43,740 nt of DNA from an uncultured Lentisphaerales bacterium (GTDB lineage Bacteria; Verrucomicrobiota; Lentisphaeria; JABSQK01; UBA12247): positions 1-43,740 of the forward strand of contig CALSSJ010000035.1 in the NCBI GenBank assembly GCA_943788985.1. Direction: 5' to 3'. A program made the translations under genes and the position numbers. Shown here in pieces: positions 9,661 through 19,995 of the stretch; the first letter of the stretch is position 1; every line of letters starts with the position of its first letter. The notes under the pieces are model-generated. The model was not told the DNA's origin and did not search any database. It was given only the letters and a program-made list of their open reading frames with translations.

Positions 9661-10566
9661 CGGCAAGCGCCAGTCGCCAGCGGACGAGCCGTCGCTCAAG
9701 CCCTGCTGCCCGGCCGCCAGGCTGTTGCAGATGCTCAGTGCGTCTGCCCACGTCTCGGTCCCGTCGCCGGCATCCGCGTCCTGCAGCCAGATCAACCCCG
9801 TCAGATTGTCCGTCACTGTTCCATCACTGTTGTCGGTGAAGCGCGGGCTCGGCCAGACCACCCCGGTCTTCAGGTCGCCGTCGTCCCCCGTTGCGTACGA
9901 CGTCGTCTGCCCCGTCTTCTCCACCGCCGCCCCGCTCCCGCCACTGGCGGTGCCGGTGATCTCGGCGCCATCCACCCAAGCCTTCTTGCCGGTGGCGATG
10001 TCGCCCGCCGTGGCATCGCCACTGGACGTGTTCACCACATTGCTGTCCCCGGCCACGCCGAAGATGTTGGCCCCGGATCTGATGTTGCCGCTGGTCAGGT
10101 CGCTGTCTTGCGCCGTGGCGGTCTCCAAGCCGGTGTAGAGGCCGTTGGTGATCGTGATCGTGAGGCTGCCGTCCGCCCCGGTCAACGCATTGCCGGCTGG
10201 CACCGTACCGGTCTGCTGTCCCCAGGCGCCCGCGTCGAGGCCCCAAAAGACCTTGCCGCTGAGCACATCGCCGGCCGTGGCGGCGTTGCCGTTCGCCGCG
10301 GGAGCGGCGCCCATCACGTCGTCCAGTGTCGGCCCCGAGTCGCCCGGCGCGCCGGCGGCGAAGTCACCGGCAGTCGGTTCCTCGAAGGCGCCGGCGCGTT
10401 TGGCGCCGGCGGCACCAGTGTCCAAGCGATTGTAAATGTCTTCCAGATGGTACATGGCGCTGACGGGGAGGTTCGGAGCGGCAGGTGAGTCGGTGTCGCC
10501 AGCCACGGCGACGAAGGCCAGGGTCAAGGCGGTGATTGTGGTACGCGTGGTGGTCCAAATTCGCAT
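9435..10566 (-). CDS. Secreted DUF1566/Lcl C-type-lectin-fold protein, DGR target, copy 1 (small indels in the variable region)
   Basis: Signal peptide; KTGQTTSYATGDDG; RFTDNSDGTVTDNLTGLIW; WADALSICNSL; DWRLPTEKELHSL; across frameshifts YWSSTT...AWNV...YVWPVRGGE-stop at 9435; AGGAGG RBS. Confidence 0.9.
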
Positions 10567-10728
10567 GTGGATGTCCTCCTGTTGATTGTGCTGCGCAACT
10601 GCGCGCGTCTAGTGACGCGCGAGTATTTTAGCCGGCAACACGCCGGTAACAAACGCTTCTGGAAAAAAATTTCCAAGGTTGATGGCTGGTGATCGAGGAA
10701 CGGACCGATCTGCACTAGTCAACCCCGG

Positions 10729-10784
10729 CCTCATCCCGTCAGCGTATCTTGGCTGTATCGGGAAAAAGCAATTTCCTACCAGTT
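10729..10784 (+). repeat. 56-bp IS91/ISCR-type ori end (copies at 7903, 10729, 11585, 29628, 32234, 32371)
   Basis: CCTCATCCCGTCAGCGTATCTTGGCTGTATCGGGAAAAAGCAATTTCCTA(T/C)CAGTT; the TTCCTAT end resembles ISCR oriIS. Confidence 0.85.
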
Positions 10785-11640
10785 ATTCAGCGTTTGCTTC
10801 AGTACATGCTCAGATGCCCGTTCAGCCTGAAGCGCATGATTCAGACCACGGCGGATGGTAATGTTGCCTACCGAGCGACGCGCGAGAAGTGTATCGCCTT
10901 CCCGACCCGCAACGATACTCAGTTCCGTCGTGGTGTGTCGCGCAACTTTGAAATATTCGAGCCGCTCGACTTTATTGCTGAGGTCACGCAGCATATTCCG
11001 GAGCACGGCGCGCAGACAGTTCGCTATTACGGCTGGTATTCAAATAAGGCTCGCGGCATGCGCGCCAAGGCCGCAGAACAGGCAAAGGCAAAGCAGTCTA
11101 ATGGCCTTGAGCCCCTCACCACCGATGAGAGCGATACGCCGTATCGTAAATTATGCCGTATGCGCTGGTCGGCGCTGATTAAACGAGTTTACGAAGTAGA
11201 TCCATTGTGCTGTCCCCAATGTGGCGGCGCGATGACTATCGTCGCGTTCGTTGAGCAGAAGGACCAGGCCGATGTCATTGAGCGTATTCTCAAGCACTGT
11301 CAGCTATGGAATGATTACCCGCCCAGGGCGCCACCCAAGCCAGCCGCCGCTAGTGAATTTGAGCTGGAAGTTGAGTATGTAGACTTCGACGAGTTTCTGA
11401 TGGGTTTCTAAAAGCGCCCCGTCAGGAAGACGGTATCTCAATGCTCAAATTCGCGTATTCTACCTCCAAAACACCTATCTGCGCGGAATATCGGCACGCA
11501 GCAGGAAGGGAGGACGGCCGGGCCAGCTGGCCCGGCCGTCCTCCCTTCCGTTTCTTCGCCGTCTCCGCCCCGTTTCCTTGAATACCTCATCCCGTCAGCG
11601 TATCTTGGCTGTATCGGGAAAAAGCAATTTCCTATCAGTT
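10784..11640 (+). mobile_element. 5'-truncated IS91/ISCR-like element (transposase C-terminal part to 11411, plus ori end)
   Basis: 857 nt apparently identical to 28827-29683; LLQYMLR, VTQHIP, VRYYGWYSN, CPQCGG motifs. Confidence 0.9.
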
Positions 11641-12290
11641 ATCATATTCACACACATGATTACCACTCCTTACCACTGATCCCTCTGGCGGCGTTGGGCA
11701 TTGGTGCGGCAGCAGTGCGATTGCCACAGTGGTGGCGGGAGCAGCGCAAGCAGCTGATCAGCATTGTGGTCGCGGTGTGTGCCATCTACGGCCTGATCAT
11801 CGTTGGTACCTATGCCAAGACCCGAAACGTCAAGACCGTGATGAAGCTGGTTTTTGGCGCGACCGGCATGTCAAAGAAGTTTGTACACTACCTGCGGCCC
11901 AACAAGGCCCACCTGCAGCAACGCATCACCAATGCCAGGGCGATCGGCGAGCATGTGGGGCACTCCACCAACGTGGCATTCATGACCGAGGATTTCGGCA
12001 AATTTCTGCAGTACGAGGGGCAGCTATCTGGCGGGTACTACCCGGAGAAGGGTATTGACGGTGCCGCCGACGGCGAGCCGCCGACAGTTGACGCAATCGC
12101 GGCCTACGTGACCGAGAAGTTTCCCGATGGCCCCGACTATTTCGTAGTCACCGCCGTCAATGCCTACAATCAGCAGGAGACCTTGCGCACCTACCTGGCG
12201 CGGTTTCCGATCCTGGTGCAAGAAGAGGGTTATATGATCTTCGACACGCGCGCCACCTCTGCCCCCATCTCCCCACAGGACCCCAGCTAA
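11640..12290 (+). pseudogene. C-terminal fragment of a membrane protein, ArnT/GT39-like
   Basis: Frame open from the IS junction: YHIHTHDYHSLPLIPLAALGIG, then a TM helix and a soluble domain; stop overlaps the gltX start (TAATG). Confidence 0.55.
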
Positions 12291-13858
12291 TGCGAGTACG
12301 CTTCGCCCCCTCTCCGACCGGAAACGTCCACATCGGCAACATCCGCACCGCCATCTTCAACTATCTCGCCGCCCGCCATGCCGGTGGTGAGTTTCTGCTG
12401 CGCATTGAAGACACCGACCGCGAACGGTCTACGCCCGAGGCCGTGGAGGCGCTCTTCGATGTGATGCGCTGGATGAAGCTGGATATCGACGGCGAGCCAC
12501 TCTACCAGAGCAGTCGCCGCGACGTCCATCTCGAGGCAGCCGATCAGCTGCTGGCCAGCGGTGACGCCTACCGCTTTGCCAAGGGCGACGGCGGCGAGGC
12601 CACGCTGTTGCGCATGCCGTGGGATACAAGCGCCTTGCCATTCGTGCATACGGGCGAAACCGTCTCCCTGACCCTGCACGCGGATGAATCCGTGGTGATC
12701 GACCAAACCGGTGTGGCCTATGCGCTGAAAACCCGCAAGGGGAAAGCAGCGCCCCAGCAGGGGACACTGGCTGGCTTTCAGGACCTTGTCGTCTATGGGG
12801 CAGACGACGCCGAGCTCTTTCGCCTGGATGATGCGAGCGGCTTCATTGCTGGAACCGCCAGTGAGACCATTGCGGGCGCCGTACGCATGACCTTCACGCG
12901 GCGTGAAGTCGCGTTTGACGACTGCGTCAAGGGCCGCCTCAGCAAGCCAATCGACAGTATGCGCGACCAGGTCATTGTACGCAGTGATGGCAATCCCGTG
13001 TTTCACCTGGCCAATGTCTGTGACGACATCGTCATGGGCATCACCCACGTGATCCGCGGCGATGACCACGTCGAAAACACCTTTCGCCACGTGTTCCTCT
13101 ACACCGCGCTGGGCGCCGAGCTGCCGCAGTTTGCGCATTTGCCCATGATTGTCAACCAGCAACGCAAGCCGTACAGCAAGCGCGACGGCGATGCCTATGT
13201 GGGGGACTTTCGGGACAAGGGCTACCAGGCCGACGCCTTATTCAACTACCTGGCGCTCTTGGGCTGGTCCCCAGGCAACGATGTCGAGTACATGAACCGC
13301 GACGAGCTGGTGACCGCGTTTACCCTCGATCGCGTGCTCAGCTCCTCGGCACAGATGGACCATCGCAAACTCCTCGACTTCAACGGCCGCTATCTGGCCG
13401 ATCTCCCCGCTGCGGAGTTCGCAACCACCGCCTGGGAGCTTGCTGCCCATTACGACTGGTCAACCGGCGTGGAGCGCGGCTATTTTGACGCGGTCGCTGC
13501 GTTGCTACAAACCCGCACCAAGCTGTACACCGACATCGCCGGCGGGGAGCCCTACTTCATTGATGCCATCGCGTACGATGAGAAGGCGCAGCGGAAGTTC
13601 TTGAGCAAGCCCGATAACCAGGCGGCCCTGGCTGCATTGGCCGATCGCCTGGCTGAGCTCGCTGACTTTGCCCCTGGCAGCATTGAGGCCGCGGTTCACG
13701 CCACGACCGAGGCGGCCGAGATCAAGCAGGGCAAGCTCAACCAGCCCATTCGCGTGGCCCTGACCGGCCAGACCATGGGCGCCGGCATCTACGAAACCGC
13801 GGCGCTGCTCGGCCGCGACCGCTGCCTGCACCGCCTCCGGCAGGTCGCAGCAAGCTGA
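12290..13858 (+). CDS. gltX: Glutamate--tRNA ligase
   Basis: RVRFAPSPTG, HIGN (HIGH), LRIEDTD, ITHVIRGDDH, KPYSKR (KMSKS variant), anticodon domain PIRVALTG. Confidence 0.95.
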   Translation: MRVRFAPSPTGNVHIGNIRTAIFNYLAARHAGGEFLLRIEDTDRERSTPEAVEALFDVMRWMKLDIDGEPLYQSSRRDVHLEAADQLLASGDAYRFAKGDGGEATLLRMPWDTSALPFVHTGETVSLTLHADESVVIDQTGVAYALKTRKGKAAPQQGTLAGFQDLVVYGADDAELFRLDDASGFIAGTASETIAGAVRMTFTRREVAFDDCVKGRLSKPIDSMRDQVIVRSDGNPVFHLANVCDDIVMGITHVIRGDDHVENTFRHVFLYTALGAELPQFAHLPMIVNQQRKPYSKRDGDAYVGDFRDKGYQADALFNYLALLGWSPGNDVEYMNRDELVTAFTLDRVLSSSAQMDHRKLLDFNGRYLADLPAAEFATTAWELAAHYDWSTGVERGYFDAVAALLQTRTKLYTDIAGGEPYFIDAIAYDEKAQRKFLSKPDNQAALAALADRLAELADFAPGSIEAAVHATTEAAEIKQGKLNQPIRVALTGQTMGAGIYETAALLGRDRCLHRLRQVAAS

Positions 13859-13859
13859 G

Positions 13860-15083
13860 TCAGTGGATGGCGAGCGCCGGGATTGCGGTGACGCATTTCG
13901 CACCCCATTCGCGGGTGTAGCTCAACTGCTCGACAATCTCTTGACGAAGATTCCACGGTAAAATCAGGATGTAATCAGGCTGGGTTTCCCGGAGTGCCTC
14001 TTCGCTGACAATGGGAATGCGGCTTCCAGGCAGATAGCGTCCTTGCTTGGCAGGATTTCGGTCGACAACAGAGGAGATCAGATCTGGCCGAACGCCGGCG
14101 AAGTTGAGGAGAGTGTTGCCTTTTGCAGCTCCGCCATACCCCACGACACGCTTGCCCTCCTTGTGCTGCGTGATCAGGAAGTGCAGCAAGTCGTTCTTGA
14201 TACTTTCAACAGCCGCCTGAAAGCCACGGTAGCCGTCTTGGCAATTGACCTTGCGGGCCTGCTCCGCTTGGAGCGTCTGCTGCACGCGCTCGGTCGGAAC
14301 TTGGTTACCCGCTTGATGCTGGGCGTAGACACGAAGACTGCCACCGTGAACCGGCAATGGCTCGACGTCGACAACATGCAGGCCGTTGGTCTTGAGGATA
14401 TGGGACACGGACGTCAGGGACAGGTAGGAGAAATGCTCGTGGTAAATGGTGTCAAATTGGATATCCTGCAGCAGATTCGCCAACGATGGAAACTCAAAGG
14501 TCACGACGCCGGTATCATGAAGCAGTGCTGCGATTCCCTGGATGAAGTCGTTGATGTCGGGCACATGGGCAAGCACGTTGTTGGCGGCGATGAGATTCGC
14601 TGGCCCAATACGGGCGCGCAGATCTGAACCGGTCCCCTTGCCGAGGAAGACCTCTTCAATATGCAGCCCTTTGGCCCGCGCGGCGGCGGCGGTACTGGCT
14701 GTTGGTTCGATGCCAAGGCACTCAATGCCCTCGGAGTGCACATAGTGGAGCAGGCTGCCATCGTTTGCAGCGACTTCAATGAAGCGATGCCCAGGCTGCA
14801 GCAAACCGCGGGTCAGGCAGGTCTGCACGTATGTACGACAGTGCTCAAACCAGGTGCTTGAGAAGCCGCTGAAATACGCGTAATCGGCCGTAAACAGATC
14901 ATCTGCCCTGGCAAAATCAGCAGTTTGTACAAGCCAGCAGCTATTGCAGACGAGAACACGCAGTGGTAGCCAGTGTTCCGGTTGCTGCAGCGATTCCGGC
15001 TGCAGGTATGCATTGGACGGGGGCGCGCTTCCGAGATCAACAAGCTGCTGTGTGAGCGGTGCCTGGCAATGCCTGCAATTCAT
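13860..15083 (-). CDS. NDP-sugar C-methyltransferase (Zn-binding, class I SAM)
   Basis: MNCRHC, CNSCWLVQ, EVAANDG, QFDTIYHEH, HGGSLR, GAAKGNTLLN, ILPWN. Confidence 0.9.
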   Translation of the reverse strand: MNCRHCQAPLTQQLVDLGSAPPSNAYLQPESLQQPEHWLPLRVLVCNSCWLVQTADFARADDLFTADYAYFSGFSSTWFEHCRTYVQTCLTRGLLQPGHRFIEVAANDGSLLHYVHSEGIECLGIEPTASTAAAARAKGLHIEEVFLGKGTGSDLRARIGPANLIAANNVLAHVPDINDFIQGIAALLHDTGVVTFEFPSLANLLQDIQFDTIYHEHFSYLSLTSVSHILKTNGLHVVDVEPLPVHGGSLRVYAQHQAGNQVPTERVQQTLQAEQARKVNCQDGYRGFQAAVESIKNDLLHFLITQHKEGKRVVGYGGAAKGNTLLNFAGVRPDLISSVVDRNPAKQGRYLPGSRIPIVSEEALRETQPDYILILPWNLRQEIVEQLSYTREWGAKCVTAIPALAIH

Positions 15084-15640
15084 AGGGTGATTCCAATGTA
15101 GTGAGCGTCGAGCATGGGATGGTTCTGGTCGCGTTCGGACATATCGGCCACCGGCAGCGGCCAGAGAATTGCCAGGCATGGGTCCTGTGCCTGCAAGGCT
15201 CCTTCGCTCGTCGGTTCGTAGGCGGCGGTGTGGACATACAGCATCTCGCAATCCGCGGACAGCGTCTGAAACCCATGGGCAAAGCCCTCGGGGATGACCA
15301 GACTGGTCTGGTTGCTCTGTGAGAGAACGGTTCCGTGCCACTGCAGGAAGGTGGGCGAACCAGCACGAAGATCGACCGCGACATCAAACACTTCGCCGCG
15401 CAGGCAACTGATGAGTTTGGTCTCGGCATGAGGCGGATGCTGAAAGTGCAGGCCACGAATGGTCCCTTGCAAGCGTGTCAGTGTCCGGTTGACCTGCACA
15501 ATCTGACGTTCACCGAGCAATGGTTTCAAGTCGTCTGCGCAATACATCCGTTCCAGGAATCCACGTGAGTCGGCCAACGGCTTCCTGACAAGTTCATGCA
15601 GGCCTGCGATTGGCGTGGTTCGGCTCTCGAATCGCGACAT
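15080..15640 (-). CDS. rfbC: dTDP-4-dehydrorhamnose 3,5-epimerase family
   Basis: DSRGF, GTIRGLHFQ, DVAVDLRAGSPTF, IPEGFAHGFQTL. Confidence 0.9.
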   Translation of the reverse strand: MSRFESRTTPIAGLHELVRKPLADSRGFLERMYCADDLKPLLGERQIVQVNRTLTRLQGTIRGLHFQHPPHAETKLISCLRGEVFDVAVDLRAGSPTFLQWHGTVLSQSNQTSLVIPEGFAHGFQTLSADCEMLYVHTAAYEPTSEGALQAQDPCLAILWPLPVADMSERDQNHPMLDAHYIGITL

Positions 15641-16704
15641 CAGACGCCCACGTATGCCTGCAGCTGGCGGATCGACAGCGCGCGCATATCTGCGCCCGCG
15701 GCAAACGCTTTGTACCACTCGCAGGTTGCCTGCAGGGTCGTCTCAACGTCCCATTTCGGTTTCCAGCCGAGGAGGCTGCGGGCTCTCTTGCTGTCAAGGC
15801 GCAGCAATCCGGCTTCGGGCTTGGTGGTGTCCCCCGGTGTTACCTGGACGCTGGCGTTGCCCCACAGGTCGGCCAGCGACTTGGTTACCTCTCCAACTGT
15901 GCGATGATCGTCGTCGCTGGGGCCGAAATTCCAGCCCGTGGCGAAATCCGCGCCACGCTCGCCCAGCATTGCTTCGGCGAGCGAGAGATAGCCGGAGAGT
16001 GATTCGAGGACATGCTGCCAGGGACGCACGGACTGCGGCGAACGAATCTCTACCGGTTGTCCAGCAGAAAAGGCGCGGACACAATCCGGGACCAGTCGGT
16101 CGGCCGCCCAATCGCCACCGCCGATCACGTTTCCCGCGCGCGCAGACGCGAGGTGAATGCCGGCGGGTGCCAGGAAGCTACAGCGGTATGAATTGACAAT
16201 AATCTCGCTGGCTGCTTTGCTCGCGCTGTAGGGATCCTTGCCGCCCAGAGGTTCGTGTTCCGCGAAGGCGACGCCACGTTCGTCATTGGCATAGACTTTG
16301 TCTGTGGTGACGCAGACGACAGCGCGAACTGATGGACAGTTCCGGGCAGCTTCCAAGACATGAGCAGTCCCAATGACATTGTCACGCAGCGTAGCCACGG
16401 GTGCCTCGTAGCTCTGACGGACCAACGGCTGGGCCGCCAAGTGAAATATGACCTCTGGCTGTCCCTGTTTCAGAGTGGCCCGCAGCCGTGGCAGATCAGC
16501 CAGGTCACCTCGTATGTCTCGAACGTCTTGTGCGAGCTTGGTAGCAGCAAAGAACGAGGGCGTGGTTGGCGGATCCAAGGCGTAGCCAGTAACGCGTGCG
16601 CCGGCCTGGGCCAAACGCAGGCTCAGCCATCCGCCCTTGAAGCCGGTATGGCCTGTGACCAAGACCGGTCTGTCTTGCCAGAAGTCTGAATGAAGTGTCG
16701 ACAC
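15640..16704 (-). CDS. rfbG: CDP-glucose 4,6-dehydratase
   Basis: VLVTGHTGFKGGWL, HLAAQPLVR, TTDKVY, DPYSASK, RAGNVIGGGDW, RPWQHVLE. Confidence 0.95.
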   Translation of the reverse strand: MSTLHSDFWQDRPVLVTGHTGFKGGWLSLRLAQAGARVTGYALDPPTTPSFFAATKLAQDVRDIRGDLADLPRLRATLKQGQPEVIFHLAAQPLVRQSYEAPVATLRDNVIGTAHVLEAARNCPSVRAVVCVTTDKVYANDERGVAFAEHEPLGGKDPYSASKAASEIIVNSYRCSFLAPAGIHLASARAGNVIGGGDWAADRLVPDCVRAFSAGQPVEIRSPQSVRPWQHVLESLSGYLSLAEAMLGERGADFATGWNFGPSDDDHRTVGEVTKSLADLWGNASVQVTPGDTTKPEAGLLRLDSKRARSLLGWKPKWDVETTLQATCEWYKAFAAGADMRALSIRQLQAYVGV

Positions 16705-16724
16705 GAGGCGGGCAGCAGTCCTAC

Positions 16725-17495
16725 CTACTTTGGGGGGCGTAGGAGAAGGCCTTGGCCTGTGGGGAGAGAGGCGATGGCAACGCCTTTCGTTACAGCAAAG
16801 TCATCCATGGCCGTTCGCTGAGCGTCGTGCCCCGCGTAGGCGTAGTCATCCAATAGCACGATTGCCCCGTCGCACAGCCGCTCCCAGAAGAAGTCGAGCG
16901 CTGCCACTTCCGGTGGGGAGCAATTCATGTCGATGTGGAGGAATGCAATCTCCTCGGCTTCGACCTGCGGCAGAGTTTCCGGAATAGCCCCCTGTACAAA
17001 CACAACATTCTTCCACTCGGCGAAATTCTTTCGAACGACTTCAATGTCAGTAACGTAGGCGCCGCGAGCAATACGGTCAGCGTTTTTCTTTTCGGCATTC
17101 TCAGCCAAGTCGAACTCTGATACGTATTTGAAGTCAAGCCCACTGAATGTGTCGAGCAGATAAAACGTACGATCCTGCCCGTTCCACTCCAGCCACTGCA
17201 TGATAGCTGTAGACTGAAACCCAAAATTGACACCACACTCAACGAAGTCGCCCTGAAGTTTGCTGGCGGTCTCGGCAGCCCATAGAGCGATGTGCGTACG
17301 CCAGTGGATCGGGTCGTCCTGGCCCGATTGCTCTGCTCGTTGATAGGAGGCCGCAAAGGCGGGGTCCTTCATGAAGGCATGGCTATGAACGGTGCGTAAT
17401 CCGTCTTGGTTGTAAACCCGGTCGTCACGTGCGCGTTGAACCGTGTAGCCGGTGACTGATTCGATGAAGCGCTGGACAGCACGTGTAACACTCAT
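16725..17495 (-). CDS. TylF/MycF-family O-methyltransferase
   Basis: GDFVECGV, LLDTFSG, AFLHIDMN, IVLLDDY, LPTGQG. Confidence 0.85.
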   Translation of the reverse strand: MSVTRAVQRFIESVTGYTVQRARDDRVYNQDGLRTVHSHAFMKDPAFAASYQRAEQSGQDDPIHWRTHIALWAAETASKLQGDFVECGVNFGFQSTAIMQWLEWNGQDRTFYLLDTFSGLDFKYVSEFDLAENAEKKNADRIARGAYVTDIEVVRKNFAEWKNVVFVQGAIPETLPQVEAEEIAFLHIDMNCSPPEVAALDFFWERLCDGAIVLLDDYAYAGHDAQRTAMDDFAVTKGVAIASLPTGQGLLLRPPK

Positions 17496-17672
17496 TCAGA
17501 GATTCCTAGGCATTATCAGAGTAGATGTAGGGATACCTTACACATGAAGCCAAAAGAGCAAGTGCTTTCCATGGATTGACGGCTTGCAATGGCCCTCGCA
17601 GCCTGTCGGAGAGGCGGTCTTTGGAATCGCATGTATGTTGCCAACCCTGAAACCGGTGCTTCTCTTGATCCT

Positions 17673-19085
17673 ATGATTCCCCGCGAACTCCGCGATTTAC
17701 TCAGGCACGCCCGCAACTACGTCAGCGGGGATGCCGTCGCCGCGTTAGTCCAGCTGGCTGCTATCCCGGTCATTGCCAGCATGCTGACAACGGCCGATTA
17801 TGGTATGTACCAGATTGTCGTGACCTACATCAGTATCGCTGCGGTCGTGCTGACGTTTAATTTTCACGGTGCTATCAGTCGCTACTACTACGAGGAGACC
17901 GTTGACACCGACCGCAAGGAGTTTGTGGGTACTTCAGTTGGCGGCTCACTGCTGCTTCTGAGCTGCTTCAGCGTTATTGCGATGCTGATCATTCGCTGGC
18001 GCGGCACACTGTACGACATCGATCTGTGCCTGGCTGCATTAATCGGATTGTTTGGTGCCTGTAGGGTTCTGAAGACATCTGCTCACTCCATCTGCATCGC
18101 CTTGAAGCGGAGCGCGCAATCCGCCCGCATCCAAGCACTGCATGCGATATCCACGCTGGCAGGGGCATGTATGTGGTTGATTGCAGTTGACCAGCCCGGC
18201 TACTTGGATGTCCTGTATGGCCTGCTCTGCGGCGAGTTGCTTGCCTTGGGACTTACCGCTGTGGTCGTTCGGGATCAATGGATGTGGCGCCCCGCACGAG
18301 GTCATCTGCGGTATATCGCTGGCTATGCCTTTCCGCTAGTGCCGTATACACTGGGAAATCTGGCCTTGGCACAGATCGACCGAGTGATGATTAAGCATAC
18401 CTTGGGCGCTTCTGATGCCGGCTTGTACAGCCTTTCATACAACGTTGCAATGTCAATTGGCATGGTGGCATTGGCGCTGCAGCGGACAATCACTCCAGAT
18501 TGGTTTGCCTTCACAAATAAGAAGCTATTCGACAAGGCTGACGCATTGATTGAGAAATCGTTAGAGCTGACGCTGCTGGCTTCGCTTGCCGCGATGTTGT
18601 TTGCCGGACCGTTCATGTCACTCGTGCTGGATGAGCGCTATCATGACTCGCTATCGATCATTCCGATTGTCGTGGTGGGCTATGTAACGCAAGCGATTGC
18701 TGGCTACTATCTGCGGGTGATCGGCTACACGAACCGTATGGTGTTTGCGGCTGCCGTTAGCATCGTTTCCGGCATCGTAAATGTCGCACTAAATGCGGTG
18801 TTGCTCAGTCGCTACGGCTACAAGATCAGCGCTTACACGACCGTCGCTTCGTTTGTTGTGCTATTGACTGGATCCTGGTTCGTTGCTCGTTTTGTGCTGC
18901 GGCAGCGCGTCCCGCCTGCGGCCGTGATCAGGAAGCCTCTGGTGCCGTTTGTTCTGGCATATCTGGTCTCGCTTGGCTCGCACCACGCTATGGGTACGCT
19001 TGCCTTGGCTGTCGATGCGTGCCTGTTTGCGGGTGTCGCGATTCTGGCAGCCAAGCGCCACTTGCGAACAAAGGAATCGAATTGA
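17673..19085 (+). CDS. Polysaccharide flippase (Wzx-like)
   Basis: Many TM helices, LTTADYG, QIDRVMI, AGLYSLSY; start placed at MIPREL. Confidence 0.85.
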   Translation: MIPRELRDLLRHARNYVSGDAVAALVQLAAIPVIASMLTTADYGMYQIVVTYISIAAVVLTFNFHGAISRYYYEETVDTDRKEFVGTSVGGSLLLLSCFSVIAMLIIRWRGTLYDIDLCLAALIGLFGACRVLKTSAHSICIALKRSAQSARIQALHAISTLAGACMWLIAVDQPGYLDVLYGLLCGELLALGLTAVVVRDQWMWRPARGHLRYIAGYAFPLVPYTLGNLALAQIDRVMIKHTLGASDAGLYSLSYNVAMSIGMVALALQRTITPDWFAFTNKKLFDKADALIEKSLELTLLASLAAMLFAGPFMSLVLDERYHDSLSIIPIVVVGYVTQAIAGYYLRVIGYTNRMVFAAAVSIVSGIVNVALNAVLLSRYGYKISAYTTVASFVVLLTGSWFVARFVLRQRVPPAAVIRKPLVPFVLAYLVSLGSHHAMGTLALAVDACLFAGVAILAAKRHLRTKESN

Positions 19086-19979
19086 TCGTGTCAGGCGATG
19101 CACCACACGTATCCATCGGGCTGATTGTGCGTAACGAGGAATCCTCGCTACGCGAAACGCTCGACTGCATCCTGCAGCAGGATTTCCACGATATTGAACT
19201 GATCATCGCGGACAACTGCTCAACCGACCGCACAGGTGAGATCGCAACGGCAGCGGCAAAGCAGGACCCTCGGATCCGCTATCATTGCCACGAAACCAAC
19301 CGTGGGGTGAATGGCAACATTGCCTTCGTATTTGGCGCCGCCAAGGGGGAGTATTTCGTGCTTGCCGGTGCACATGACCTCTGGTCGCCCGGCTACTTGA
19401 GCGCCATGGTGCGTACCTTGGATGACGACGCATCCGCCGTCCTGGCGTGCCCAGCTTCACGCTGGATCGACGGCAATGGTGCGGAGGGTGAGCAAGCCCG
19501 TGTGCGTGTACGAGACGGGCGAGCTGACGGCGCCGGGACGATTCGCCTTTGTCCTCTGGGGCAATCAACACGCAATTTACGGCATGATTCGTCTCGCCGC
19601 CCTACGCCAGGTCCGGCATCATTTTGGCTGCTTCGCGGCGAGTGCGCTGATTCTTGCTGGACTGTCAGTACTGGGCCGCCTGGCCCATGTTCCGGGAGCC
19701 ATTTGGTACCGCCGATTAACGCAACCGAACGAGAACCGCTCAGTACGAATCCAGCGGTATTCGCGGGTATTGTTCTCTCAGCCCAGACGGATGATTCTGA
19801 TTCACTGGGGCTTGATCCTCCGTCTTCTCTCTACGGCTGCGACAACCGGTTCGGTATCTCTGTGGCACCGCATTCAACTGATTGCCGTGGCTTCTACCGC
19901 AAGCATTCGCTACCTGGAACCAATGGTGCACGACGTAGTGGATGTGCTTCGGTGTCGTTTCTACGGCGGTGACTCTTGA
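19082..19979 (+). CDS. Glycosyltransferase family 2 (frameshift near 19490)
   Basis: VSIGLIVRNEE, IIADNCSTDRT in one frame, continuing (AIYGMIR) in the 19422..19979 frame. Confidence 0.8.
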
Positions 19980-19995
19980 TTCGATCACGATATCG

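Larger units (their letters stand above)
7959..10784. mobile_element. DGR-target cassette copy 1, ending in a 56-bp ori end
   Basis: Direct repeat of 29684-32289; starts right after an IS ori end and finishes with its own ori end (10729-10784). Confidence 0.8.

Noticed and set aside
12287..13162. Long antisense or alternate-frame ORFs (e.g. 12287..13162, 5383..6171, 7969..8646, 9643..10488, 20829..21488)
   Set aside because: They shadow well-supported genes in GC-rich DNA and have no recognisable motifs.
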